Position numbers and translations under genes: made by a program
Notes under the pieces: generated by a model
Database searches by the model: none
Told to the model about the DNA's origin: nothing
Seen by the model: the letters and a program-made list of their open reading frames with translations, nothing else
Shown: positions 1 through 7,647 of the stretch, piece by piece
How positions within the stretch are numbered: position 1 is the first letter of the stretch
Layout of the letters: each line of letters opens with the position of its first letter
Assembly: GCA_002763115.1 (NCBI GenBank)
Contig: PFCW01000010.1
Span: forward strand, 17,211-41,210
Length of the DNA: 24,000 nt
Direction: 5' to 3'
Source: Candidatus Pacearchaeota archaeon CG10_big_fil_rev_8_21_14_0_10_31_59
GTDB taxonomy: Archaea > Nanobdellota > Nanobdellia > Pacearchaeales > CG1-02-31-27

Positions 1-255
1 TTCCAAAATTAAAAAAGTTTTTACTCCTTCTCCATCTTCGCTAACTGCCGGAACAGTCATTGAAATTAATTTTGAACCATTAAGAGTTGCTATCTTGCCT
101 AAATTTTCAAATGAATTGTTTTCTTTTTCCTCTGAATTTTTAATAAATTTGTATGAAACAAAAGCAATAACGAAGAGCAATATTAATATTACTATCGTAA
201 ATGTAATCAAAATACTTTTAGAATCTCTTTTATTATTATCGGACCTCTTTTCCAT
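1..255 (-). CDS. 5' part of a membrane-anchored protein that runs off the window edge. The start of the ectodomain is weakly reminiscent of archaeal Lon-C/S16-like serine proteases.
   Basis: Hand translation of the minus strand from the ATG at 255..253 gives 85 stop-free codons down to position 1 (MEKRSDNNKRDSKSILITFTIVILILLFVIAFVSYKF...MTVPAVSEDGEGVKTFLILE). It is missing from the ORF track because it has no stop inside the window. It has one clear TM helix. The listed + ORF 95..283 is its antisense shadow. Confidence 0.5.
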   Translation of the reverse strand, partial: MEKRSDNNKRDSKSILITFTIVILILLFVIAFVSYKFIKNSEEKENNSFENLGKIATLNGSKLISMTVPAVSEDGEGVKTFLILE

Positions 256-295
256 AATAGACCTAAGCATATATCTTTTTTAAATTTAATGCAAT

Positions 296-310
296 AAAAA
301 AGTTTATATA
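296..310 (+). promoter_or_regulatory. Archaeal BRE/TATA-like promoter (aaaaagtTTATATA) for the 352..693 gene
   Basis: The purine-rich tract plus TTTATATA lies about 45 nt upstream of the ATG. An AGGAGGT Shine-Dalgarno-like site sits at 339..345. The same AAAAG(A)TTTATA(T/A)A word recurs at 15431 and 22338. Confidence 0.5.
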
Positions 311-351
311 TCATTTTTACCTCAATTTTACATTAAAAAGGAGGTTCAAGA

Positions 352-693
352 ATGAAAAAGAATAAAGCTAAAAGAGATAACTTCAAGTTAGCTGTTTTAG
401 TAATCGGTGTCTTGCTTATTGTTGGGATAACATTTGCAGTAATTCAGATAGCAAATTTAAGCAGCCAGATTTCAGGATTTGCTTCAAAAAATCCATGTTC
501 TGATTCAGATGGTGGACAAAATGTAATCGAACAGGGAATAGCTACAGATTCGTCTGGAAGCGCAACTGATTACTGTATAGACGATTTGACATTAAGAGAA
601 TACTATTGCGGAAACAATGTTAATTACAAGGATTTAGATTGTAGCGAATACAACGGAAGAGTTTGCAGTGATGGTGCCTGTGTTTACGAGTAA
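352..693 (+). CDS. Small secreted/membrane-anchored Cys-rich protein (CxDxDGG...LREYxC...CxDGxCV domain)
   Basis: 113-aa ORF with an N-terminal hydrophobic anchor (LAVLVIGVLLIVGITFAVI) followed by a ~60-aa six-Cys domain. SD-like AGGAGGT at 339..345. Paralogous to the next ORF. Confidence 0.7.
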   Translation: MKKNKAKRDNFKLAVLVIGVLLIVGITFAVIQIANLSSQISGFASKNPCSDSDGGQNVIEQGIATDSSGSATDYCIDDLTLREYYCGNNVNYKDLDCSEYNGRVCSDGACVYE

Positions 694-705
694 TTTTTAT
701 TTTTT
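694..705 (+). terminator. Oligo-T tracts (T5, T6) directly after the stop codon; candidate archaeal terminator
   Basis: The sequence is taaTTTTTaTTTTTT immediately 3' of the CDS. Confidence 0.35.
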
Positions 706-725
706 AAATAGGGGGATATACTCAA

Positions 726-1061
726 ATGAAAAGATTGTTCATTATAATTTTAATCCTATCAATCGTAGTTTTATCTTTGGCAACTATGATATTTGTTGAA
801 AAAAGAACAACAGGCTACGGTGTTCAGAACTTAAATAGTTGTGTTGATACTGATGGTGGTTTGAATTTGGAATTAAAAGGAAAGTGTATTGCCAAAGATG
901 GAGAAACTTTTGATGATTATTGTTTTACTCACCAAGTTAATGGACAAACAATATTAAGAGAATATTGGTGCACCGTAGATGGTTTTTGCGGATATAAAGA
1001 TTATAATTGTATTTTTAGGTATCCTGGTTCTTGTTGTGAAGATGGAAGATGCGTTAAATGA
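726..1061 (+). CDS. Small secreted/membrane-anchored Cys-rich protein, tandem paralog of 352..693
   Basis: 111-aa ORF with an N-terminal TM/signal segment. It has the motif CVDTDGGLN...ILREYWC...CCEDGRCV, which aligns with CSDSDGGQN...LREYYC...CSDGACV in the upstream ORF. GGGGGAT SD-like site at 711..717. Its stop codon overlaps the 3' end of the antisense tRNA-Ile. Confidence 0.7.
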   Translation: MKRLFIIILILSIVVLSLATMIFVEKRTTGYGVQNLNSCVDTDGGLNLELKGKCIAKDGETFDDYCFTHQVNGQTILREYWCTVDGFCGYKDYNCIFRYPGSCCEDGRCVK

Positions 1062-1211
1062 CCCTGCTGAGATTTGAACTCAGGACCTCACGATTTCTCA
1101 AACCTTTTGAAAGTCACACTAAAGCTTCTTTCTTTCCCGAGGGGATCTTTCTTCTCTGAAGAAAGAAAGGCTCTATCAGTCGTGCGCGCTACCAGGCTGC
1201 GCCACAGGGTC
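1059..1211 (-). tRNA. tRNA-Ile (anticodon GAU) with a 79-nt intron at the canonical 37/38 position
   Basis: Hand-folded cloverleaf: acceptor GACCCTG/CAGGGTC, D arm GCGC-AGCCTGGTA-GCGC, anticodon stem CACGA/TCGTG with loop CTGATA|intron|A, T arm CTGAG-TTCAAAT-CTCAG, discriminator A. Exons are 1174..1211 and 1059..1094; the intron is 1095..1173. No encoded CCA. Confidence 0.85.
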
Positions 1212-1273
1212 TTTTTCAATCAAAAAGCATTTCTTTTATTATTATTTTTATATGGTGAAATGATTTTTGTTGA
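1212..1273 (-). ncRNA. Conserved hairpin element forming the whole 62-nt spacer between tRNA-Asn and tRNA-Ile (copy 1 of the tRNA-trailer element)
   Basis: The minus-strand sequence is TCAACAAAAATCATTTC...GAAATGCTTTTTGATTGA. It folds into a ~16-bp interrupted stem and aligns over its full length with 18096..18153. See findings. Confidence 0.45.
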
Positions 1274-1346
1274 CGCCCCGGACAGGATTTGAACCTGCGA
1301 CCCTACGATTAACAGTCGTATGCTCTACCAACTGAGCTACCAGGGC
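1274..1346 (-). tRNA. tRNA-Asn (anticodon GUU), intron-less
   Basis: 73-nt cloverleaf: GCCCTGG-TA-GCTC-AGTTGGTA-GAGC-A-TACGA-CTGTTAA-TCGTA-GGGTC-GCAGG-TTCAAAT-CCTGT-CCGGGGC-G. It has one G-U pair in the acceptor stem and one in the T stem. A TATA-like A/T tract lies ~30 nt upstream on the minus strand. Confidence 0.9.
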
Positions 1347-1397
1347 AGATATAGTCTATAGAAAATAAAATAATTTAAAAAACTATTGGTTTAGAAT

Positions 1398-1925
1398 TTA
1401 ATCACTATTTGGAATAGTAACAGTAACTGTTGTTCCTGCTCCGATCTTATTAGGATCTCCCCCAGGTATTGTCGATTTATCAACACATTCTTCAATTAAC
1501 CATTTCATAAAATTATCAAATTCCTCTGCATTTTTATCCGTTCTTACATAACCTTGGCCATTATTTTCGATGTAAGCTTTTAATCTATTGTATAAATTAT
1601 CTCCTTTTTCAATTGGAATTTTTAAAATTGTATTGGTATCTATTCTCATACATTCTATATTTTCCCATCTGAATGTGTCCAATATTCTATTTGAATTAAT
1701 AGTATCAGGAATTTCTAATCTATTTTCAAGTCCTGTATAATTTTCAGCAGGGATTTCAGTATGAGTCTCAACATATTTTGAATCATATTTCTTTTGCTCG
1801 CAGCCAAGAATTCCTAATCCGATACCTAACACTAAAACAGAAAAAACTCCCCGATAAATTGCTTTATAATTACAGCTAAAAAATTCATAAACTTCTTTTA
1901 TTGGACTTAAAATTTCTTTCGTCAT
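1398..1925 (-). CDS. Hypothetical lipoprotein-like/secreted protein, possibly with a divergent LysM-like C-terminal region
   Basis: 175-aa ORF. The N-terminal hydrophobic segment ends in LGILGC, which is lipobox-like. The C-terminal GDNLYNRLKAY...DPNKIGAGTTVTVTIP loosely resembles LysM ends (weak). Confidence 0.5.
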   Translation of the reverse strand: MTKEILSPIKEVYEFFSCNYKAIYRGVFSVLVLGIGLGILGCEQKKYDSKYVETHTEIPAENYTGLENRLEIPDTINSNRILDTFRWENIECMRIDTNTILKIPIEKGDNLYNRLKAYIENNGQGYVRTDKNAEEFDNFMKWLIEECVDKSTIPGGDPNKIGAGTTVTVTIPNSD

Positions 1926-1977
1926 TGGTTATTTAAGAAAACAGTATTTATAAATTTTTCTCTTTATAGTGGTAACA

Positions 1978-2547
1978 CTACTTTTTAATTTTTCTCCTGA
2001 ATTCCTCAAGTTCTGCTTCAATCTCTTTTCTTCTCTTTTGCTCAGATTCAAGGAATTTGTAAACATGTGCATGCGGAGCTCCTCGTATTATTTTTAAAAA
2101 AGCTTCTTCTGCAGAATGCACATTCTCAGCTTCCCCTATAATCCCTATAAAATTTTCTTTTATCATTATATCTGTTGCTGTTAAATAAGAAATTGTTTTT
2201 TTTGCTTTTCCTTCCTTCCCTATAACCCGCGATTTTATAACATCGATACGTGACGGATTTTTTGAAAAATTCTTTATATCAATTTGTTTAAATATTTTAT
2301 CGGATTTAATCAGGCTCATTGCAATATTAAAAGGAAAGCCCAATGTAATAGCATCCAGAAAATATCTCAATAAAAATTCCTCAACTTTGTCTTTAGAATC
2401 TATCATTAATGAGTCATCTTCATTTTTCTTTATTTTTATATCTAGATTTTTCTCAATTTTCTTTTTCATCAAACCATTTTTTCCTATAATTCTAGCGATT
2501 CCTTCAGAACTAAAAAATATTTTTTCCATTCTAAAAATTTTCTCCAA
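1978..2547 (-). CDS. KH-domain RNA-binding protein, Dim2/Pno1-like (small-subunit ribosome biogenesis factor homolog)
   Basis: It has two KH GxxG motifs (IIGKNGLMKKKIE and VIGKEGKAKKTI). It sits next to aIF-1A, as in the conserved archaeal eIF1A/Rio/KH neighbourhood. The start is ambiguous because of the duplicated MEKIF (ATG at 2547 or 2529). Confidence 0.75.
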   Translation of the reverse strand: MEKIFRMEKIFFSSEGIARIIGKNGLMKKKIEKNLDIKIKKNEDDSLMIDSKDKVEEFLLRYFLDAITLGFPFNIAMSLIKSDKIFKQIDIKNFSKNPSRIDVIKSRVIGKEGKAKKTISYLTATDIMIKENFIGIIGEAENVHSAEEAFLKIIRGAPHAHVYKFLESEQKRRKEIEAELEEFRRKIKK

Positions 2548-2583
2548 AATTTTTTGAAATTGAAAATTCCATTTTCATACTTT

Positions 2584-2931
2584 TTAGAATTCTTCTTCTA
2601 TTTCTTTTAGATAGCCGTTCCTTTTCAGCCAGGAAACTTGGGTTGGATTATATTTGAAAAGAACGTCACCTTTTTCATTATTAAATTCCCATGGAGCAAC
2701 AATCACAACATCTCCTGGGCGAAGCCAAAGCCTTCTTCTTAATCTGCCGGGAACTCTGCAATTTCTTGTTTTCCCGTCCATACATCTTACTATAATACGG
2801 GAAGCTCCGGCTCTTTGGTCTAAAATACCGAGAACTTCTCTTCTTGAAGGAAGTTTTACCCTAACATAACCTTCACTTTTCTCTTCCGGTTTTTCTTCCT
2901 GACCAATATCCTTGAATTCTTCTTCAACCAT
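2584..2931 (-). CDS. eif1a: Translation initiation factor aIF-1A
   Basis: It carries the signature S1-like OB fold sequence: VLGILDQRAGASRIIVRCMDGKTRNCRVPGRLRRRLWLRPGDVVIVAPWEF...KGDVLFKY. Confidence 0.95.
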   Translation of the reverse strand: MVEEEFKDIGQEEKPEEKSEGYVRVKLPSRREVLGILDQRAGASRIIVRCMDGKTRNCRVPGRLRRRLWLRPGDVVIVAPWEFNNEKGDVLFKYNPTQVSWLKRNGYLKEIEEEF

Positions 2932-2969
2932 CTACGAATTAAGAAATATTCGTTTATAAAAGTTGCTTT

Positions 2970-3266
2970 CTATAGAAAAGAAAAGGTATACGAAATTCCA
3001 TTAATAAAATCAAAACAACCTTTCTTAATAATTCCGGATTTTTCCGCTGTTCTAACTGATTCTTTACCAACAATATTAAAAGTTGCATCTTCTTTTTTCA
3101 TATCTACTAAAATTTCAACAGCTTTTTTTTCATCTACTTCTTCTCCGGCATAAAAAGATTCTTTAATGTCTAGCTGTTTGTCGCCTTCTTCAAATTTCTT
3201 GCCGATTAATCCAGAGTCACAGATAGAAACAATGATACGATACGCTTCATGAATTTTTATTTGCAT
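2970..3266 (-). CDS. DUF424-family protein (conserved archaeal protein of unknown function)
   Basis: 98 aa. The pattern IKIHEAYRIIVSICDSGLIGKKFEEGDKQLDIKESFYAGEEV...NIVGKESV matches my memory of DUF424 proteins. Only a 2-nt gap separates it from aIF-2 beta. Confidence 0.7.
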   Translation of the reverse strand: MQIKIHEAYRIIVSICDSGLIGKKFEEGDKQLDIKESFYAGEEVDEKKAVEILVDMKKEDATFNIVGKESVRTAEKSGIIKKGCFDFINGISYTFSFL

Positions 3267-3268
3267 CT

Positions 3269-3703
3269 TTATACAATCCTTGCTCTTACTGAATGTTTAG
3301 CACCGCAAGCCAAACAATGTAAAAATAAATAAGGACCTTCTTTGACAAGTTCTGAATCGGGTTTTCCGCATTCTTTGCACAAAACAAATTCTTTTGTATA
3401 ATCTTCTATTTTTTTATTAATCATTGCGCTGCTGATTTTTCTGTTTAGAACAATTCTGTTAGCTTCCAAAACAGCAGGTGTTGCTAATTCTTTCAGCAAA
3501 TATTTTCTTATATGCTCTGGATCTCTTCTTAAATATGATACTATAGCATTAAAATTTGTTATAATTGTTTTGTTCCCCTCAAAATGACCTTCAACTTTCG
3601 GAACCTCGAATCGGTCTTTAGCTGTTTCAACAGGCTTTACTTCCTTGTAAAGTTTTTCCAAAGATTCCTCATAATTTTTGTCAGTCATCTTAAAAATAAA
3701 CAA
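3269..3703 (-). CDS. eif2b: Translation initiation factor aIF-2 beta subunit
   Basis: ~140-aa size. N-terminal YEESLEKLYKEV...RFEVPKVEG...GNKTIITNF, and a C-terminal zinc ribbon CKECGKPDSEL...LHCLACGAKHSV. Confidence 0.9.
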   Translation of the reverse strand: MFIFKMTDKNYEESLEKLYKEVKPVETAKDRFEVPKVEGHFEGNKTIITNFNAIVSYLRRDPEHIRKYLLKELATPAVLEANRIVLNRKISSAMINKKIEDYTKEFVLCKECGKPDSELVKEGPYLFLHCLACGAKHSVRARIV

Positions 3704-3725
3704 CAGCTGGTTTTAAAGTTTTTCA

Positions 3726-4739
3726 TCACAAACTTTTCAACTTGCCGGGCTTTGGTTCATATACAATTCCCTCTTCAAGAAGAATTTCTATCTGCTCATT
3801 AATTTCCTCTACAGGCAAATCCAAAGATAAAATAAGCTTGTCAATATCAACATTTTTATCCTCTGAAATTTTTTCCATCTCTTTTATCTTCTCAACTATC
3901 TTTAATCTTGAATTTTTAATTGGAATTTCGATATCATCTATTTTTTCCTCTTCAATATCCAATTCATCTTTTTCTTCAACAGGTTTTCCAAATAAATCAT
4001 ATTGCACAGATTTGTTTGTATTAATATTTTGATTAATAAATTCTTTAATTTCCTCCTTTAAAGTAGATTTACTCTCAATTTTTACTGATTCTTCTAATTT
4101 TTCTTCAGTTTTTATTGTATCGTCTTTATATTCAATTTCTGTTTTTTCTGTAACTACTTTTATTTCTTCTTCGTTGGAAACTACGTCGCTGGAAACTTTG
4201 TTTTCAGGGACACCGGAAATCTTATGATTTCCTTGGTTTCCAACACCTTCCTTATCAGGCTTGGAAATTTCATTTTCCAGCTTTTCATTATATTCATTGC
4301 CTTTCCTTATCTCTTTTTCCCGAACATCTTTTTTTTCCGAACCACAAATTCTTATTAATTCAAGTTTTCTTAACATCAACCATCTTGCGTCAACTTTTTT
4401 TATAATTTCAGGAGTTATATAAAGTTCATCTTTGAAATATCTTACAAATCCTATAACTTTAACAATATCGTCCTTGTTTATATTTTCAAGCAAGTCAACC
4501 CCATCACCAAATGTCTTGGCTCTTATAGTATCTTCACCATCATTAATTGTAATGCTTGCATATTTTTTATCCCTCAAAGATTCAAACTTGTCTGTGACAG
4601 TGCCGATAATGCTGACTCTGGCAACAATCCTATTTTTTATTCTTAGCTCTTTAAGTTTTCCGTCCAAGATTTCTTTTTCAGCATTTTTAATCTGGCTGAT
4701 TTTTACAATATATGCAACCTCTCTTTTTTTAAATTCCAT
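3726..4739 (-). CDS. OB-fold plus C-terminal winged-helix protein (RPA32/Stn1-like architecture) with a long E/K-rich low-complexity linker
   Basis: The N-terminal ~120 aa (ARVSIIGTVTDKF...YASITINDGEDTIRAKTFGD...DIVKVIGFVRYFKDELYITPEII) matches the RPA2-type OB pattern. The C-terminus (LPVEEINEQIEILLEEGIVYEPKPGKLK) looks like a wH domain. Its start lies 1 nt after the MCM stop. Confidence 0.55.
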   Translation of the reverse strand: MEFKKREVAYIVKISQIKNAEKEILDGKLKELRIKNRIVARVSIIGTVTDKFESLRDKKYASITINDGEDTIRAKTFGDGVDLLENINKDDIVKVIGFVRYFKDELYITPEIIKKVDARWLMLRKLELIRICGSEKKDVREKEIRKGNEYNEKLENEISKPDKEGVGNQGNHKISGVPENKVSSDVVSNEEEIKVVTEKTEIEYKDDTIKTEEKLEESVKIESKSTLKEEIKEFINQNINTNKSVQYDLFGKPVEEKDELDIEEEKIDDIEIPIKNSRLKIVEKIKEMEKISEDKNVDIDKLILSLDLPVEEINEQIEILLEEGIVYEPKPGKLKSL

Positions 4740-4740
4740 T

Positions 4741-6750
4741 TTAACCTACCTTTTGAAGATGACCTTTTCTCGGCATAAATATCTCTCCGCTTCTATTTAA
4801 TTTTTCTATTATTTTTTCAATCTTTTCTATCTCTATTTTTCCTTCAAGCTCCTTAAAAATTTCTGTAATAGGAATTAATTTTCCCAATCTTCCCTCTAAT
4901 TTATTTATAGTTTCTCTGACTAATATAATTTTCTGTCTTTCTGAAGCAGAAATTCCAGTTGCTATCCTGTCTATGTCTATGGATTTCGTTTCTTCATCAT
5001 AACCGACGGTATATAAGTAATATTTCATAATGTTTATAGCTCTTTTTGCATCCTGAACTGAAACTTTATTGCTCAATCTGACTTTTGCAGATGCCTGGCT
5101 TAACCTGACTAAACCTTCCAACTGTCTTGCTGAAATAGGAATCGGTCTTACTATATCCTGACTTATGGTCTGCATATTTCGCAAATCAACATAAAAGTTT
5201 TTAATTTCTTCCATCGCCCCCTGCGTCAATTCTGGTTTAATATTTTGCTTTGCATAAGCAACATATTTCCTTAAAAATTCAGAACTTATAATTTCTCTTT
5301 TTACTTTTTCTTTATGTTCCTTTAAAACATGGTCTGCTATTTTTTCGTCCTTGTCTCTCTGGGGAATGTCCCTCAAAACAAAAATCAAATCAAATCTGTT
5401 TATTAATGTCGGTTCCAGATGAATCTGCTGGGGAACACTCTGTTGCGGATTGAATCTTCCGAAGTTCGGATTTGCTGCAGCTAAAATAGATGTTTCAGCC
5501 CTTAAAGTCGCCTGGATATTTGCTTTTGTAATTGTAACTGTCTGCTGTTCCATTGCTTCGTGCATAGCGCTTCTGTCATGGTCTGACATTTTGTCTAATT
5601 CATCAATACAAGCCAAACCTTTATTTGCTAAAACAATAGCGCCCGCCTCTAAACTCCATCCCCTCATTAATTCATCTTTTATAACTGTTGCTGTCAAACC
5701 AGCACCGGTCGCAGATTTTCCAATGACATATCTTCCTTTCGGGGCTACAGTAGACATAAATTTTAAAATAACTGATTTTGCAACTCCTGGGTCGCCGACT
5801 AATAACATATGAATATCTCCCCTTGAATAAATTCCGTCTGATTTTTGTTTTCTGACTCCGCCCATTAATTGCAATATCATCGCTAATTTTAATTCGGGAT
5901 AGCCGAATATTGAGGGAGCAATGCTTTCCGCCAATTTATCATAAACCTCTGGGTCTACAGAAAGTTCTTTTATTTGTTTTTCATCCTCTTCTTCTATTTG
6001 AATTTCTTCAAAAGTTTCTTCTAAAGTGATTACATTATTTGCGTCAATTGCCAAATCAAATCTTGTTGAAGTTTTTCCAGTTTTCAAAGTTATTGGAACC
6101 TCTTTTAAAATTCCGATAATTCTAATTTTGCTTCCTGGAGTTGTTTTTTCCTCCATAATCGGCTCTACCAAATCCTCTTTAAGAAAAACAGTAAGTCTTC
6201 TCGGCTGTGCTCCGCCATCCAAACTTTCCGGAGCTTCTTCAATCTCTAATTTCTGAGTATCAAGCATCTGCTTGCTTATTAATTTAAAACCCGCTCTTCT
6301 TCCACAATTCGAGCATCTGTTCGGTTCCTTAAAACCTTTTTCAAGCTGAATGACATTTATCAATGTTCCACAGGTAGGACATTCGAATTTTGCATTGTCA
6401 ACCTGGGGACGGACATCTGAACTTTGTCTTACAATACCTTCAATAGATATTAATCTTCCCAAATGTTTTGCTCTTATGTTTTTAATCTGGACATGCTGGG
6501 CTTCAGGCAAATCATTGAATCTTACTCTTGCATCTTCTATCAGCTCTAATTCATCCAAGGCAACTTCCAATAATGCTATCATCTCATCTGGCTTGTCTAA
6601 AATTAAATTTGCCAGTTCAACATCAAAACTTGCCAGCTCGTTAAAAGAGATAATCAATGCTTTTTTTCCGGACTTGGCTATCTTCCCCATCTCTTTTTTC
6701 TGGCTTTCAAAAAAATCTTTTGCCTTCTGCAAAAATTCCTCGTTTGGCAT
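4741..6750 (-). CDS. mcm: MCM replicative helicase
   Basis: 669 aa. C4 zinc finger CPTCG...CSNCG, Walker A GDPGVAKS, Walker B CIDELDKM, arginine-finger region NRFDLIF, and a C-terminal wH-like tail. No intein. Confidence 0.97.
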   Translation of the reverse strand: MPNEEFLQKAKDFFESQKKEMGKIAKSGKKALIISFNELASFDVELANLILDKPDEMIALLEVALDELELIEDARVRFNDLPEAQHVQIKNIRAKHLGRLISIEGIVRQSSDVRPQVDNAKFECPTCGTLINVIQLEKGFKEPNRCSNCGRRAGFKLISKQMLDTQKLEIEEAPESLDGGAQPRRLTVFLKEDLVEPIMEEKTTPGSKIRIIGILKEVPITLKTGKTSTRFDLAIDANNVITLEETFEEIQIEEEDEKQIKELSVDPEVYDKLAESIAPSIFGYPELKLAMILQLMGGVRKQKSDGIYSRGDIHMLLVGDPGVAKSVILKFMSTVAPKGRYVIGKSATGAGLTATVIKDELMRGWSLEAGAIVLANKGLACIDELDKMSDHDRSAMHEAMEQQTVTITKANIQATLRAETSILAAANPNFGRFNPQQSVPQQIHLEPTLINRFDLIFVLRDIPQRDKDEKIADHVLKEHKEKVKREIISSEFLRKYVAYAKQNIKPELTQGAMEEIKNFYVDLRNMQTISQDIVRPIPISARQLEGLVRLSQASAKVRLSNKVSVQDAKRAINIMKYYLYTVGYDEETKSIDIDRIATGISASERQKIILVRETINKLEGRLGKLIPITEIFKELEGKIEIEKIEKIIEKLNRSGEIFMPRKGHLQKVG

Positions 6751-6924
6751 TTTAACTCTTTTTACCCCATACCTTAATTTAAATTTAGCAAAATGATGTT
6801 TTTATATTTTATGTCGATTTAAAATACTTTTAGAAGATTATACTAATTGAGTTAAGAAAGATATTTAAATAAAAACTTCCTCAATTTATGTATACTTTTT
6901 ATAGATAAAAAGAGGTTTTAGAGA

Positions 6925-7482
6925 ATGAGAAAAAATCTTAAAGAGAAAGCAAGAAAAGGAATCAAAACACCTTATAAAATTGCTTTCGCAGTCATAGGTG
7001 TTCTGTTTGTATTGGCTTTGGTTTTTGCTTTCAGTGATATTGCAACAAAAAGAAATGAGGGCATGACAACTGGCAATGCGATAACTGGGAATAGTTTTTT
7101 TAGTGATATTAGAGACATGATTTTAACATATAAACCAAACCCAGATTTAAAAGTAGGAACATCAGATACTGCTGGAACAGTGACTGGAAAAACAGAAACA
7201 GGTTGTATTGGATCATACTGTTTGGATAAACTAAATAATAAGTGCACTAGGACTTTACTTGGGAAAACAACAGAAGTAGGGTATGGTAGTAAAGAATATC
7301 ATTGCTGTTTGGGATGTAACGAAGAATTAGAACAAGAAATTTATTGGGCTTTAACCAGTAGAGGCGGTGGAGAAAGTGGACATGATCCAAAGTGTATAAG
7401 AGTACATGAACGTTGGTGCCCATCAAATAAAGGAATATCTGATTCAAGAATAGAAACAGTAGATATGCACTATTGTTTTTGA
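6925..7482 (+). CDS. Secreted/membrane-anchored Cys-rich hypothetical protein (possibly truncated by a frameshift at its 3' end)
   Basis: 185-aa ORF with an N-terminal TM segment (IAFAVIGVLFVLALVFAF) and a Cys-rich ectodomain. The stop follows a T5 run, and the +1 frame stays open for 31 more codons. See findings. Confidence 0.6.
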   Translation: MRKNLKEKARKGIKTPYKIAFAVIGVLFVLALVFAFSDIATKRNEGMTTGNAITGNSFFSDIRDMILTYKPNPDLKVGTSDTAGTVTGKTETGCIGSYCLDKLNNKCTRTLLGKTTEVGYGSKEYHCCLGCNEELEQEIYWALTSRGGGESGHDPKCIRVHERWCPSNKGISDSRIETVDMHYCF

Positions 7483-7585
7483 AGAAAGCGAGGGAAATAC
7501 CCTAGGCATAACATATGAAGAATGGTTGGAGTCAATGGAGGATTGGTGGCCGGGGTCAAGTTTACCAGTAGAATAAGAAATAATC

Positions 7586-7604
7586 TTTTTCTTTTTTATT
7601 TTTT
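7586..7604. terminator. T-rich tract cluster (T5, T6, T6) between convergent genes; candidate terminator for the + strand gene
   Basis: The sequence is cTTTTTcTTTTTTaTTTTTTaaa, between the 6925..7482 (+) gene and tbp (-). Confidence 0.35.
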
Positions 7605-7647
7605 AAATTCTTAGAGATAAATATAAAAAAAGAATTATGAAAAATTT

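Noticed and set aside
95-283. Track ORF (+, 62 aa) near the window start
   Set aside because: It has low-complexity, Leu/Ile/Ser-rich antisense translation. The opposite strand carries a better-supported ORF (1..255) with a start codon, a TM helix and a promoter-like tract.
1074-1292. Track ORF (+, 72 aa, TTG start)
   Set aside because: It lies entirely over tRNA-Ile, its intron, the spacer hairpin and the end of tRNA-Asn on the other strand. It stays open only because RNA genes are GC-richer.
2654-6796. Seven track ORFs antisense to aIF-1A, aIF-2 beta, the OB/wH protein and mcm (2654..2869, 3584..3802, 3742..4032, 4432..4800, 5450..5812, 6026..6256, 6350..6796)
   Set aside because: All are embedded in confidently identified genes on the opposite strand. 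They have Ser/Leu/Phe/Ile-rich shadow composition and no motifs.
6751-6924. Possible replication origin in the A/T-rich gap next to mcm
   Set aside because: There are no repeated ORB-like elements or inverted repeats, and no cdc6/orc1 gene is nearby. The gap is adequately explained by two divergent promoters.
7483-7580. Locally GC-richer patch (ggattggtggccggggtcaag) examined as a possible tRNA fragment or small RNA
   Set aside because: No cloverleaf, T-arm or acceptor pairing could be built. It is better explained as the out-of-frame continuation of the upstream CDS (see the frameshift finding).
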